A DNA stretch of 64,000 nt from assembly GCA_012295275.1 (NCBI GenBank), contig CM022665.1:40672001-40736000 (forward strand), written 5' to 3'. The first letter of the stretch is position 1. Every line of letters begins with the position of its first letter. A model generated the notes under the pieces. It searched no databases, was not told where the DNA came from, and worked only from the letters and a program-made list of their open reading frames with translations. The stretch is from Chrysomallon squamiferum (taxonomy: Eukaryota; Animalia; Mollusca). Below are positions 51,396 through 64,000 of this stretch, piece by piece. Both the position numbers and the translations under genes were made by a program.

Positions 51396-54300
51396 ATGAA
51401 CCTGGTATGGATGAGTGTTTTTAATACAAATGGACAATTCACCTACAGGAAAGCTACAAAAGGCCAACCACATGAAATGATGTCACCAGTGAAATTACTT
51501 TGACCATTTTCCCCAAGGTCAGATAAATTTATTGGAGCCCCTGAGTAAAATAAACAGTGAATCAATAAACTGAGACCGATCAATTGGTAATCACTGCCTA
51601 TAAAACGTGAATTCCTCAACTACTGCACCAGACATGGCATCTAAACAACTGTATAATCAAAATAGCATTTAGATATAACTACGTAGCACTTGACATTTTG
51701 ATTTTATCCTTGTCTTTATCTTTATTTTACTTCTTACTTGGCACTGATATACCGTATCTTTTCAAGTTCAAACAGCAAACAAAATTACCTCATTCTATGA
51801 AAACTTCATTTATGAAAACTATTTAACATTAATGGTACATTTCATAACAAATTATTTTTTTAAATAAAATAACGCTACGTAAATGCTAATATGAATTAAG
51901 TTGTACATAATCTCCGTTTATATAAAAATATTTATCTTTATTTTATTTGTGTCATTTTGACTGTGTACAAAAGGTGACACCTGCAGCAGTGTAAAATATA
52001 TCACGAATTTCAACGAGTTCAATTTGTTAAAAATACTAAAGTACATGTAACCAAGAAGAAGCCATGAAAACTATGACTTCCTTTCCTGACCAGAAAAAAA
52101 AAAAAAACAGAAAAGAAAAGAAAAAAAAAGAAGATAAAAACACCAGAAAAATATAGCTCAGCCAATCCTGTGTGTGTGAGAGAAAAACAACTACACAATG
52201 AAATCACATGACAAGCAAAATAAATATAAAACATGAAAAACCAAAAAAGCAAGGTTTAAAAAAAAACAAAACCTATCAACAAGAAGAAAAAAACTACAAA
52301 AAAACCCCAAACAAACAGACACAATTTTACAACATTTAAACAATAGTAACATTATTACCTGGGAAAGCCATCACATCTAACGAAATCTGATGGATGTGAG
52401 GTCTGATGGTGATTAAATAGATCCTACGCAATAGAACAATGTCCCTCTATGCAAGTTTGTAAATGATTTAAAAACCAAAAAAAAAAAAAGAACAGACAAC
52501 AGGAGTACCAGAACAGGCAATGAAAAAGCCGAAGGTTGAAAACAACGCGAAGAATTACACACAATATTCAACTTGATTTCACTGGCAGCATTCCTCGGCA
52601 ATTCAGACCCCAAAAAATCAATTCATTGATCCTCCTTAGAGCCAAGTCTCCAGTTGTCATGGAGACACAAAATCATAGAACTATCTGATAAGAGGCGGAT
52701 ACACCCCTATTTGAAATTATCGCATAAACAAGCACACAATGGATAGTTAGATTACATATTGAAAACACCTCATCGTTACACACGATTTTAATAAAATAAA
52801 CACAAAGACACACAATCGCACAGTATTACATCATGGAAATTATAATTAGCTCATTAATTAACATTTGATGCCTGTCAGAAGGAGGCACTGTTAGGGTTGT
52901 AATTAAAGTAAACTGAACCAAAATTAATTTCACAGGCACAGAGATTACCAGCGTGGTTATTTTATTTATTTTATTCCATTTTTTTTTAAATTTTATTTTT
53001 TGGCCACAGGATTAAATTATCTTTTTAAATATACATGACCACATACATATACAATGATTGCCTGCACAGAATAATGATATTAGCTGGATTATTTGTAATT
53101 CAGTTTCCCAACTCTCTCTCTCTCTCTCTCTCCCTCTCTCTCTGTGTTACGCTGTATGTACACACAGAATATTGATCTAACATTAATATGTAGCCGAGGT
53201 GTGGAGGTGGCATGAAGGAACGATACAAACCATTTCTGCTGCCACTAACAAGGGCTATTGAAGGAAACAACGCTTCCACCGATTTGCCAATTATAAGAGC
53301 GGTTAAAACACTGAGCAGATATTGAAATGGGCAGCAAATGACAATGGCCTCTGTGCTAAATGTCTAGGCATGCTGAAAGGGACATGGGACACAAATACTT
53401 CTAATGTTTCGTGTCAATTATGAAAACTGAATGTGTGGAATAAAAGAGGCAGATGTGCTTTTAGTAGATTAGTAACAATAATAATAAGAAAATGACGAAA
53501 TGAGAAAGAAAAACAGTAGGAAAAAATGTAAGGTAATAATAAGAAGATTAATAATAATAAGTTGATGATGATGAAAAAAATAAGAATAAAAAGGAATAAG
53601 TCCTAGATAATAAGATGATGATGATGATGATAATAAAAAAGCAAAATAAGGAGAATAAAAAGGAAGAAGTCTGAGATAATAATAATAATAATTATAATAA
53701 TAATAATGATAATTGTAATATTAATAATAATAACTATAATAATAATAATAATAATAATTAAAAGAAGGAGATAATAATGATCATGATAATTATGAAAAAA
53801 CAATAAAAGAAAAATGTTAAAGATAATAGTAATAATGATGATGATAATAATAAAAATAATAAAGCTACTAATAACAACATTTATAGCCTTTCTCAACCAA
53901 ATATATACCAATTTCCAGTAAATAAGATTTTCTGTTTGAAACAGAATAAACATTAACTATACACCATTTAAGATGCAGTGAACATGATCATTTATTACAA
54001 ATCTTTAATAACACTTATAATGTTGATTAATTTTCTTTTTAATTCTTTGTTAACATTTAATTAATTTCCTGTAAAATTTGGTTATGTATCTATTAAAGAA
54101 ATAAATAACAAGTAGTAATCAGGTTTCTCATTCACAGACAAATAAACCTTTTAGTTAATTAATAATGTAAATAAAAGAAACGAGATCATTAGTTGGACTA
54201 AAAACCTGATCAAAGTGTGTCTCATTTGGAAACAATAACCGTGTTGATAAAATGATTATTAAAACAATCAGTGCTGTGGCCAGACATCCCCCCCTACCCA

Positions 54301-56044
54301 ATTAGCTCTGCTGCATGTTTGTTTTCTCTGTATCTATCCTCCCCAAAACCTTGTAGAACCAGTCTGGAAGTCAAAACAAATAAACCTTGAAGATAAGAAT
54401 TGTCTGTGATTAAATTCTGATACTAGCTACTAACCCATAATTAACTGGGAAGATATAAGAAAATTACACTCTTTTTTGTTCTGCTATAACCACTAACATA
54501 CTAACAATGTCTGTGACATACATGATACAGATATTCTGGTCTGTGTGGACCAAAACAGATATATTTGAATTATCATCTATGAATGTCAGCATGTTTCAGA
54601 TGGTTAAGTGACGAAAGTTTTATAATATTGTGAAAATATTTTGTATAATGACCTTAAAGATCATTAATTATTTCTACAAAAATTGGTTACAAGGAACCTA
54701 ACACAATTACTGTTAGTCTGCAGTTCAAGGTTTAATCATCAAAGGTAACTGCAGAAGAGTGAAAAACAAAACAACAACAATCCAACAACAACAAACAGTT
54801 GATAAGATTATCTTGTGTTTCCTTATTAAAGTTTTAATTATAGCTGTTTCTGGGACTTGAACGGAATAGCCTCAGGCTGTAAGAGTGAAGACTTATCAGT
54901 TATGTCCCCTAGACAAACAGATAAACAAGAGAAGCCTTACATCCAATAACAACAAGTAATTAGCTTTATTACAAGTAACTCAGTCTGTTATAACTTTTGC
55001 TCTATTCAGACAAATGTTGATTTTGTAGATCATATATTTCCTGTTATTGACTTTTTATATCAACATAAAACTAATAATAATAATAACAACAACAACAACA
55101 ATAACAGTGAAAATAACAATAATAATAACTACAAAAAGCTATAATATACATTAAAATAAAAATATAAAATACTGAAAATCAGCTTATAAATAGCTTTTGT
55201 GACTAAAAAATATACATTTATATATACTGAAGTAATACACGACTACAAAAGAACACACTAACATACATATTATACATTATCTATGGATCTGTTTTCTTAT
55301 TCTTTGGGTTTTTCTTATTTATTATCAAAAAAGGATATTTTATACACAGGCTATTTTAATAGAAAAAATATTTGAAATGGAAAAAACTTAAACTCAGTAG
55401 TAGAGTACTAGTTAAAACAGGAAACAGCAAAAATTTATTACCAAGCACTGAGTTGAAAATGAAGCTGTTAAAATGAATTGTAGAAAAGTTGGTAATATAG
55501 GAAAATGTTAGATTAATTGAAAGGCACCATTTAAAAGTGGGAAAAAGTAAAATCGGATAGAAGATACTGTCTAAAAAGGAGAAATGCCATATTTATCAGC
55601 ATGCAAGTCAACTTGGCATATAAGTTGACCCCTAATTTTCAGCTGCATATATGTGACCTTTTGCAGTAATGTGTGTGTTAAGTCACACCCTGACCAAAAT
55701 AAAAAACCCAAACTGATGTGCAGTCACTGTAAAGTTTCAATATTTTATTGATGAAATGCAAGAAAAATCAATCATTCTGACACCATCATGTGAAGATATG
55801 TTTATTTCACTGCAAGTGGGTTCAAACAGGACAAATGTTTAATGAAATTTTCAGCATTTTTTTAATGAAGAATAAACATAGATAAACGATAATAAAACTG
55901 TAATTCAGAACAATCACTACCACCTGACAAACATGATAATTTAATCAAAAGTCTCACAACATAGTTATGTGACCTACATTTAAGTCAAAGTGAGTTTATT
56001 TCAGCCCTATTTTGGGTCTCAGAAATTCTACTTAAAAACTGACT

Positions 56045-56198
56045 AATCAGAATTTACTATATTAAAATGGAAAATAGCTGAACCAGAATTTACTGTATTA
56101 AAATGGGAAATAGCTAAATCAAAATTTAAGGATATTGTCTAAAATGGGAAATAGCTGAATCAAAATTTAAGGATATTGTCTAAAATGGGAAATAGTTA
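56045..56198. repeat. ~41-bp minisatellite (AAAATGGGAAATAGCT..ATCAAAATTTAAGGATATTGTCT)
   Basis: Core recurs at 56100, 56141 and 56182, with a diverged copy at ~56064. Confidence 0.85.
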
Positions 56199-56677
56199 AC
56201 ATCAATTATGTGACACTTGCTAAAATGGATGAACTGAGGACCATCCCATTATACCTCAGGTCTCTACTCTAACCAATGAACTCTGTCCATTTACTACTCT
56301 CATTAGCTAAAATTGAATTACCTGTTAGGTTTTCCAGTTCATTTAGAATAACCATTAGGTCAAATGCATTTATAAATAATTTAGTATGTTTTGCTACAAT
56401 CAAGGTGTTATCTAGCCTGTGCCAATATTAAGTCGATACATACTAATACTATTAACTCTAAACATAATTATGATATTTACTTTAAGAATTATAATAATGT
56501 TAATGCAAATTTATTAAAGGTATTATCTATGAATATAATACAGATATTTGATGCAAGTTTATTTATACATTTTACATGATTTTTTTTTTTAATATATATA
56601 TATCTGAGGTCAAAGTTTGATAATAATAAAGTAAAACTAATATAATTTATCAAATTTTTTCTAAGTTAATATATTTA

Positions 56678-56733
<56 letters not shown>

Positions 56734-56917
56734 TAATGATAGAACAAGCAATTATTCTAATATAAATTTCAAAATTTCACTCTTAACTGACATAAAATGT
56801 CTAAATATCCTACACAAAATAAAACATAAAAATAAATACTAAATAAAAAAAATAAAAAAATAATTAAATAAATAAATAAATAAATAAATAAAAAAAAAAA
56901 AAAAATGAAAAATTATT

Positions 56918-56949
<32 letters not shown>

Positions 56950-59900
56950 TTAATTCTGTTTCTTTTTTTCAAATATCCATAAAGATGAAACATGATAAAT
57001 AAAATTTTTCAAAAAAAAAAAACAGACTTTATTTCCATATGTATTTGTATGTGTATGTGTATTTGTGACTATATATCAGAATAATTATATAAATTCTTAT
57101 AAAATAAAAATAAAAAACACTGAATTTCCATAAACTGTAGGTGGGTTATCTTTCAAATTTTGCTGGCATTTTGAAACATTCAGAACTAGAAAATAAAATA
57201 AAATTTAAAAAAAATATTTAAAATAAAATAAATGAAACAAATTAAAAAATTATAAATAAGAAAATAATTAAAGAAAACAAATAATAAAATAAAATAATTA
57301 AAACATAATAAATAATTAATTTAAAAAAATTAAAAAAAAAAATAAATAAAAAATAAATATATAAAAACAATAACTATTTTACCTGCATTTTTTGCACTTG
57401 ACTCACAAACTTTCTATCAAAATTCATAGAAACTAGGCAACAAACACACATCTTAAAACATGCTATTTTCTAAACAACTAATCTGAGAAAAACATCTCGA
57501 GCTACATGAAGAATAGGAAATCTGACCAGTGCAATCATCAATGTCATTAATTTATTTGATCTTTCACAACATCACCATTTTTAGCTGTTGTCAACATCCA
57601 TGTAGCCTCTGGACTCTTGGAATATTAAGTCCTCCAAGTAAGACGGCAAATAACAGAAAGGATGAAATATAATATTTCTTGTTGCATTGTGTTCATGAAG
57701 ATGAAGATTTTAAACATGGGATGTTTTTGTCTTAGCACTAGAGCAACATAAAAAAAATATATATTTATATATTTATTAATGGTAGTATGAATTGAAAAGA
57801 CATTTTAACACATAAATGAAGATTTTGGATTGTTTGATTTTTGTTTGTTTTTCATTTTGTAAAGAAAAATTCAAAAAATAAAAAAATAAAAAATAATTCA
57901 GCGGTGAAATGTTTTCCTTGCCTGAGAGATGACACCATTTTGATGGTTCATGTTTACCATTAATTTAATTGGCTTAATATATAATATAAAATAAAAAAAA
58001 AAAAAAGAAGAAATTTTGAAAATAAATTCTGGGTTTTTTTTAAAACTGCATAATGTGAAATTGTCAGTTCCAAACATTTTTAAGAAATTAACTTTTACAA
58101 AATTGAATTATTAATGCATGGATAAAAGAAAGGAAAAGGATAGCCATAGTTCACATGGTAAATGAAAAGTAATATTGTGCACATATCTTGAAGACATATC
58201 TTAGTAAAAATGATGATGATGATGATGATGATGATGAAAAAAAAAATGAACAAATAATGATGACGAAGATGATGAAAATAAATAATAATACAAATAATAA
58301 TGATGATGATGATGATAATAAATTATAAAGAAATGCTAGAATACATTTACACTAATCACTTACAGTTGCCTTAGTCACAGAAAATTAATAAAACATTTTT
58401 TTTTTTTTTTTTTTTTTTAATTGCTAGAACCAAACTTGGTTTTCCTAAAATGCAGCAGACTTGTATTTGCCAAACTGTCAAGGCCAAATCATCATTTTAC
58501 AGCAATTTATGATGACACGGATGTCTACATTCGCTCATATGAATGTTGTTTATCAGGTTGTAAAAACATTTTATTAATCTGCTTGCCAAAGCAGATTACA
58601 GACTACTTGCATCACGTACATCATGAAAAGACCCACAGGCAAGAACGTGTATAATGTCTGATATAGGAACAGAGACAGAAGATGGGTGAAATAGTGATTC
58701 CTGAACAAACCAAAAATACTAATATTTTTTTCTCTTTTATTTATTTTACCTGACTAACAGAACCACAATTATTTTGTAATTTAAATTTTCTAACTTGATC
58801 TTTAAAAAAAATACAACTCTGTCATAAGTTTACATCAAAGTCTGCCATTTTGATATCAGGTGCATTTATTGTCGTATTTATTTTTAACTGGGTTATTTAG
58901 AAAACGGTGCACTGTTTTATGAGAAAATGTCTTGAAAAGCTAATTTTTTACTACTATTAAAAATAAATGAATTTCATTGTCAAATGTGTTGAAAACCCAA
59001 GTAATCATATGAAAGCCAAAAGGATATATAACTAAAAAAAAAAAAAAACAGATTTTAACTTAAAAAATGTATAAATAAAAGTATCATTAGAAGCTGTTTT
59101 TGTTTATTCCACAATGGCTAAGTTATAAATCCTTGAGGCAGTTACAAAGAACCTTGGATGGTTATGCAGACTTTTGGCATTTTCTGAAATGCTTAAGGCT
59201 GTTTTCCGATAATTAATACCAAAAAGTTCCTGTGCCTTTAGAAAGGACACTGTAAAAATACAATGTTATTCTTGTACTAACATATTACCATGAAGATCTG
59301 CAGTCATTATTCTGAGATTTAAATTGTTGGTTTTTTTCTATTTGTAAAGCAGATGTATTTTGTATGTATGTGTATGCAGATGTATGTTTATTTGTGTATG
59401 TGTCATTTATGTGTGCTTATGTGTGTGTGTGTATGTGATTATGTATATGTGTGTATTTATATGTATATTTTTGTGAATGTTTATGTGCATGTATGTATAT
59501 GTATGATTACAAGTCATCATAAACTGTCATAAAATGAAGAACCAATATTGACAATATGAATGTTGGGTTATATAGATGTGTGTGTGTGTGTGTAATATAT
59601 GTATGCTGGAATGTTTGAATATATGTTTTGTATGTACAGTACATAAGTACACCTGCACACACACACACACACACACACAAACATGTTACTGTATGTATTT
59701 GCTTTAACTGGAAAATGATTACATAAATATTTATCAAGCATTATGAACTATTAAACTGCAGATGGATTGTCTTACAAATTAATCATCAGTCTCACAGGCC
59801 AAATGCCAAATTAAAATAATCGCCAGCAGACAATGGGACAATCAGTCACCTATAACAACAATCACGAATTGTGATTAGTTTTGAGTCACTTGTCTGTTTC

Positions 59901-60253
59901 AGACAATGTGGCTGAGGGACAGGTGGTTTGGTGCAAGGCATTCTTCTGCAGATAAATCAATGCACACTAGAAAAACAAATTAAAACACTCTCCTTAAATC
60001 TTCATTTCCTGTCACCCACACAACACCCCTTGTCGCTCTGAGGATCAATAAAAGTAATTATTTTTTTTTTTAAAGTGTTTTGTAATTTTGTGATTTAATG
60101 AACGAAAGGGGCCATTCACCGAAATTGCTTCTTAAGAAATTAATTTTTATAACATCTTGAAGATACCTCCTCTTGATCTTCGGTATATTGTTGTAAAATT
60201 CTACACATAATTTGATTTTATTTCTTGATTAAAAAATATTTTAAAATATGTAC

Positions 60254-60255
<2 letters not shown>

Positions 60256-60326
<71 letters not shown>
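60256..60326. repeat. (GA)n microsatellite
   Basis: Directly visible. Confidence 0.9.
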
Positions 60327-60329
<3 letters not shown>

Positions 60330-62044
60330 ATTGATGTAATGAATATATATTTTTAATGAAATTAACAAATTACCATCAACAAAATCTACTGCATTACTCT
60401 TTCGGTAGTTTTTTTCCATTTATTTTATTATACAAAGTTCTTTCACAGATGACATGTTTTTCCCACATACCAGATTTGGGTACAAACCTATTTTTACCAT
60501 ATCTTATAAAACTGAGAGAACCCAACAAAAGGAATACTTGGTAATACCTACATTAAATTTTTTCAAACTCTCAACACATTTCATTCATTTTTCAGCAGTG
60601 AGCAAATTTCAAAGACATCATTAACCAATGCCTTTTAAAATTATTTATCTTAGAAACCGGCCAACAAAACTTTCATTCCATATTCAAGCAACTTTTTAGG
60701 CATCAAATTTTTCTTGTCAAACAAGAACAAAATTTGTTTCTAATGTACATGAATCAAATTAAATGATGTGCATTACTTCAACCTAGTGACCGTTTCTGCT
60801 ATAGAATTCTAACATCACTTGATAATGGCACTGTAAGCAGCAAAGAGTCTGAAGACCACATATGAGTAAATTAATGGAATTCATCACCAGTGGTGATTGT
60901 GGATAATAATATTTTAATTAACCCTCCATACAGAATTCTGAACAGAACACTGATACAGAGAGAAGATGTCATAACAGCCTCAGCAGGATAAATACACTGC
61001 TTTGCCATGAGATTTTGATTATTAACTACTTATTTTCTGTTTAATATGCCAGCTTAGATAAAAAAAAAAAAAAAAAAAAAGAAAATTAGTTACATTAAAA
61101 GGTCTTGAAGTCCAAAATTTACAATATTTTAAATTGTTTGTAGAAGAAATTATGAAAACATTTCTTTTTACTAAATGTAAAAATTTTCAAAGAATCATTC
61201 CACTGTAAAATATTTTTAATAACATAATAGACCAGTCACATTTATTTAATCAGAAATGTTTATGTGTAAGAAAGCAGAAATTTTTACATGTCCATTGATT
61301 AACTTTGACATGAAGGTCACACTTCCTAAAGAGAAATAGACTGCTATGTAAAAGATAATTATTTAATGTTTTTCAGTAAGTCATTTTTCATAGAAACCTA
61401 TAAACCTATCCTTGTAATAAGAAAAACCTAGAAAAATAAATTTAGCTAAGAACACTTACGTCTTTGCATATATTTCCGATGATTAAAATATGTATGTGCA
61501 TACATATTTATATATAAATATATATATATAGTTATCCTGGCTGGGATATTAAGATAAAACAATTAACTGTATTGTCTGGAATGGTAAATAACATGATAGT
61601 TTTATTAACTGGAATGGCAAACAGTTAAATTCTTCACATTTTCTGGAATGAAAAGCAATCTGATGAATCACACTGAGTAGATGATAACATGAAATGTTAT
61701 AACTGCTGGCATGGGAAATAATGTAATGGAAGCAGTGTTTGGAATTGGAAATATGAATATGGATGGAATTGTAAACAATGTGATGAATCATTCTGAATGC
61801 AAGAAACTTTAACCATCTGTGCCATTAATGTAATTTTGCAAATTCATATTCATTATCTCTCTCTCTCTGTATGCTTATACAAACATATATATATATAATG
61901 CTCTACAGGGCATAGGATATAAGATTACACTGTATTACTTATTTTATAATAGTTGAAATTTTCATATCTCATATTAATTTATCTTAATCATAATAGCTGG
62001 ATCCAGAGATATAAACATTAAAATATCATACCAGAAAATCATGT

Positions 62045-62230
62045 AAAAATCACATTGTTTGGAATTGGAAATAGCATAAAATAACATTGTTTGGAATCAG
62101 AAATAATGTAAAAACCACACTGTTACATTGTTTGGAATTGGAAATAAAACATTGTTTGGAACTGGAAAATAATTTTAAAATCACACTGTTTGGAACTGAA
62201 AATAATGTGCAATGTTGGATTTGGAAATTT
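62045..62230. repeat. Degenerate ~33-bp tandem repeat (ACATTGTTTGGAATTGGAAATA core)
   Basis: About six copies with variable spacing. Confidence 0.75.
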
Positions 62231-62669
62231 AAAGGTCACTGTCTGAAATTCAAAAAAACTTTATGACTAAAACAGTAAATAATATATTTTTTTTTTTTTA
62301 AAAGAAGAAAAGCAACAGTTAAATAGAGAAATTCTACCATAGTCATTCCCTGAATGAAAGATATCAAAGAAGTAATATGTTTCGACGTCACTTCACAAAT
62401 ATGTGACAGTGTAAACACTTCTAGGCTCTAAAGGTGATATGTAAATACACTGATTCTTCTACTTAATCTGTCAAAGAGCCATTTGTGATTACATTTACTC
62501 TCATCAGTGAAAAATTGATCTTTGGTTTACTGAGATAGTTGGTATTCCACACAAAATACCTAGAACCAAAATCTGAATGTGTGAAAATATTATTTTGTTT
62601 TTAGTTTTAGCTGTTTGATTTGTAATCCACATCAGGATTCATGCCACTTGAAACAGTAATATAAGCAGT

Positions 62670-62937
62670 AATAAATTATATGATTGCAAATAAAAAAATT
62701 AACGAAAATAATGTGTGAATTTGTGAAATAACTAGTAATTATTTATATGACTGCAAATAAAAACATTAATGAAAATAATGTGTGAATTTGTTATATAACC
62801 AACAATAAATTACACTATTGCCAAAAACAAATGCTAACGAAAATAATATCTGAATTTGGGATACAATAAATAATAAATTATACAATCGCTAATAAAAACA
62901 TTAATGAAAGAATGACTGAATTTGTGAAATAACCAAT
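62670..62937. repeat. ~67-bp degenerate minisatellite, four copies
   Basis: TGAATTTG anchors at 62716, 62783, 62851 and 62917. Confidence 0.8.
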
Positions 62938-63496
62938 GTTATATATTAAATGAATCACTGTAACCTGATGAATGTAACTGTTATATGTAACATATTATAC
63001 TGTTACCAATATTCACATTAATGGAAATAATCCATGGATTTGCTTTGCAATATAATCAATAACATGTTTTACGTGGTTAACTACTATTACCAATGCATAT
63101 AATAAAATATATAATCTAGAAATGATATAACCAGTGACAAATTATGATATCACAGCCAGAGATATTATAATATAAGGAGTAATACAAACAAAAATAACCT
63201 CTGAAATTTATCATTTAATCAATAAGAAGTTACCTATAATTAAACTGATAAATATATATAAAAATGAAAAGAACCTCTAAATCTATGATGCAGCTAATAA
63301 CATTATGCACGATAAACTACTCTCATTATCACAAACATTAATAAAAAAACCCCTCTAAAACTGAACTTAATCCTTGAATTTATGATATACCAATAACAAG
63401 TTATACATGATAAAATAGGTTATTTTCATTCGTATAATACAGTTAATAACAAATTATACACAATAAAGTAAATGACATCATAACACACATTAATGG

Positions 63497-63790
63497 AAAT
63501 AACCTCAACAACTGAAAACAACCTCTAAAACTGAAAATAACCTCAACAAATGAAAAAACCTCTAAAACTGAAAATAACCTCAACAAATGAAAACAACCTC
63601 TAGAACTGAAAATAACCTCAACAAATGAAAACAACCTCTAAAACTGAAAATAACCTCTACAAATGCAAACAACCTCTAAAACTGAAAATAACCTCAACAA
63701 ATGAAAACAACCGCTAAAACTGAAAATAACCTCTACAACTGAAAACAACCTCTACAGCTGAAAAACAACCTCTAAAACTGAAATTAACCA
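63497..63790. repeat. 19-bp minisatellite with a 38-bp dimeric higher-order unit
   Basis: Alternating AAATAACCTCAACAAATGA and AAACAACCTCTAAAACTGA, about 15 monomers. Confidence 0.92.
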
Positions 63791-64000
63791 CTGAATTTAT
63801 GACACAACCAATAACTAGAAATGTCATTATCACACACATTAATGAAAGAGCTTGTGTTATTAGTTTCTGACTGCAGTAATAGCTGCTTGCTAACAATGAT
63901 GTCTTCAACCTGCTGCCTGTGTTTATCGTGTTTATTTTTTTTTTTTCTTCTTCTTCTTCTCATTAGTTTTACGATAACGTCCATGCACTTCCGAATTATC

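Noticed and set aside
62045-63790. Repeat arrays as CRISPR-like
   Set aside because: Eukaryotic context, degenerate units, no unique constant-length spacers and no cas genes.

Overview
AT-rich, microsatellite-dense eukaryotic genomic DNA with spliceosomal introns. It is probably a lophotrochozoan, perhaps a gastropod mollusc; this is inferred from gene features and recalled repeat resemblance and is not verified. Five genes could be spliced by hand into continuous reading frames. (1) A 5'-truncated TMEM87-family gene (+, 20 exons, 217-12735) containing one U12-type AT-AC intron. (2-4) Three intact, divergent NPC2/ML-domain paralogues (-, +, -) between 17.9 and 28.9 kb. (5) A ~1500-aa stonin (-, 38127-45159) with a 4.27-kb exon. 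The stonin appears to join Stoned-A-like and Stoned-B-like parts in one ORF and carries a 42-bp DPF repeat array. Also present: a hAT/Charlie deletion derivative with an 8-bp TSD, a decayed DD34E Tc1 element, degenerate SINE-like copies and several minisatellites. The best leads are the StnA-StnB fusion with a candidate 107-aa upstream ORF, three U12 branch-point/AC cassettes in one minor intron, and the diverged NPC2 triplet. I cannot demonstrate a wholly new biological system from sequence alone.
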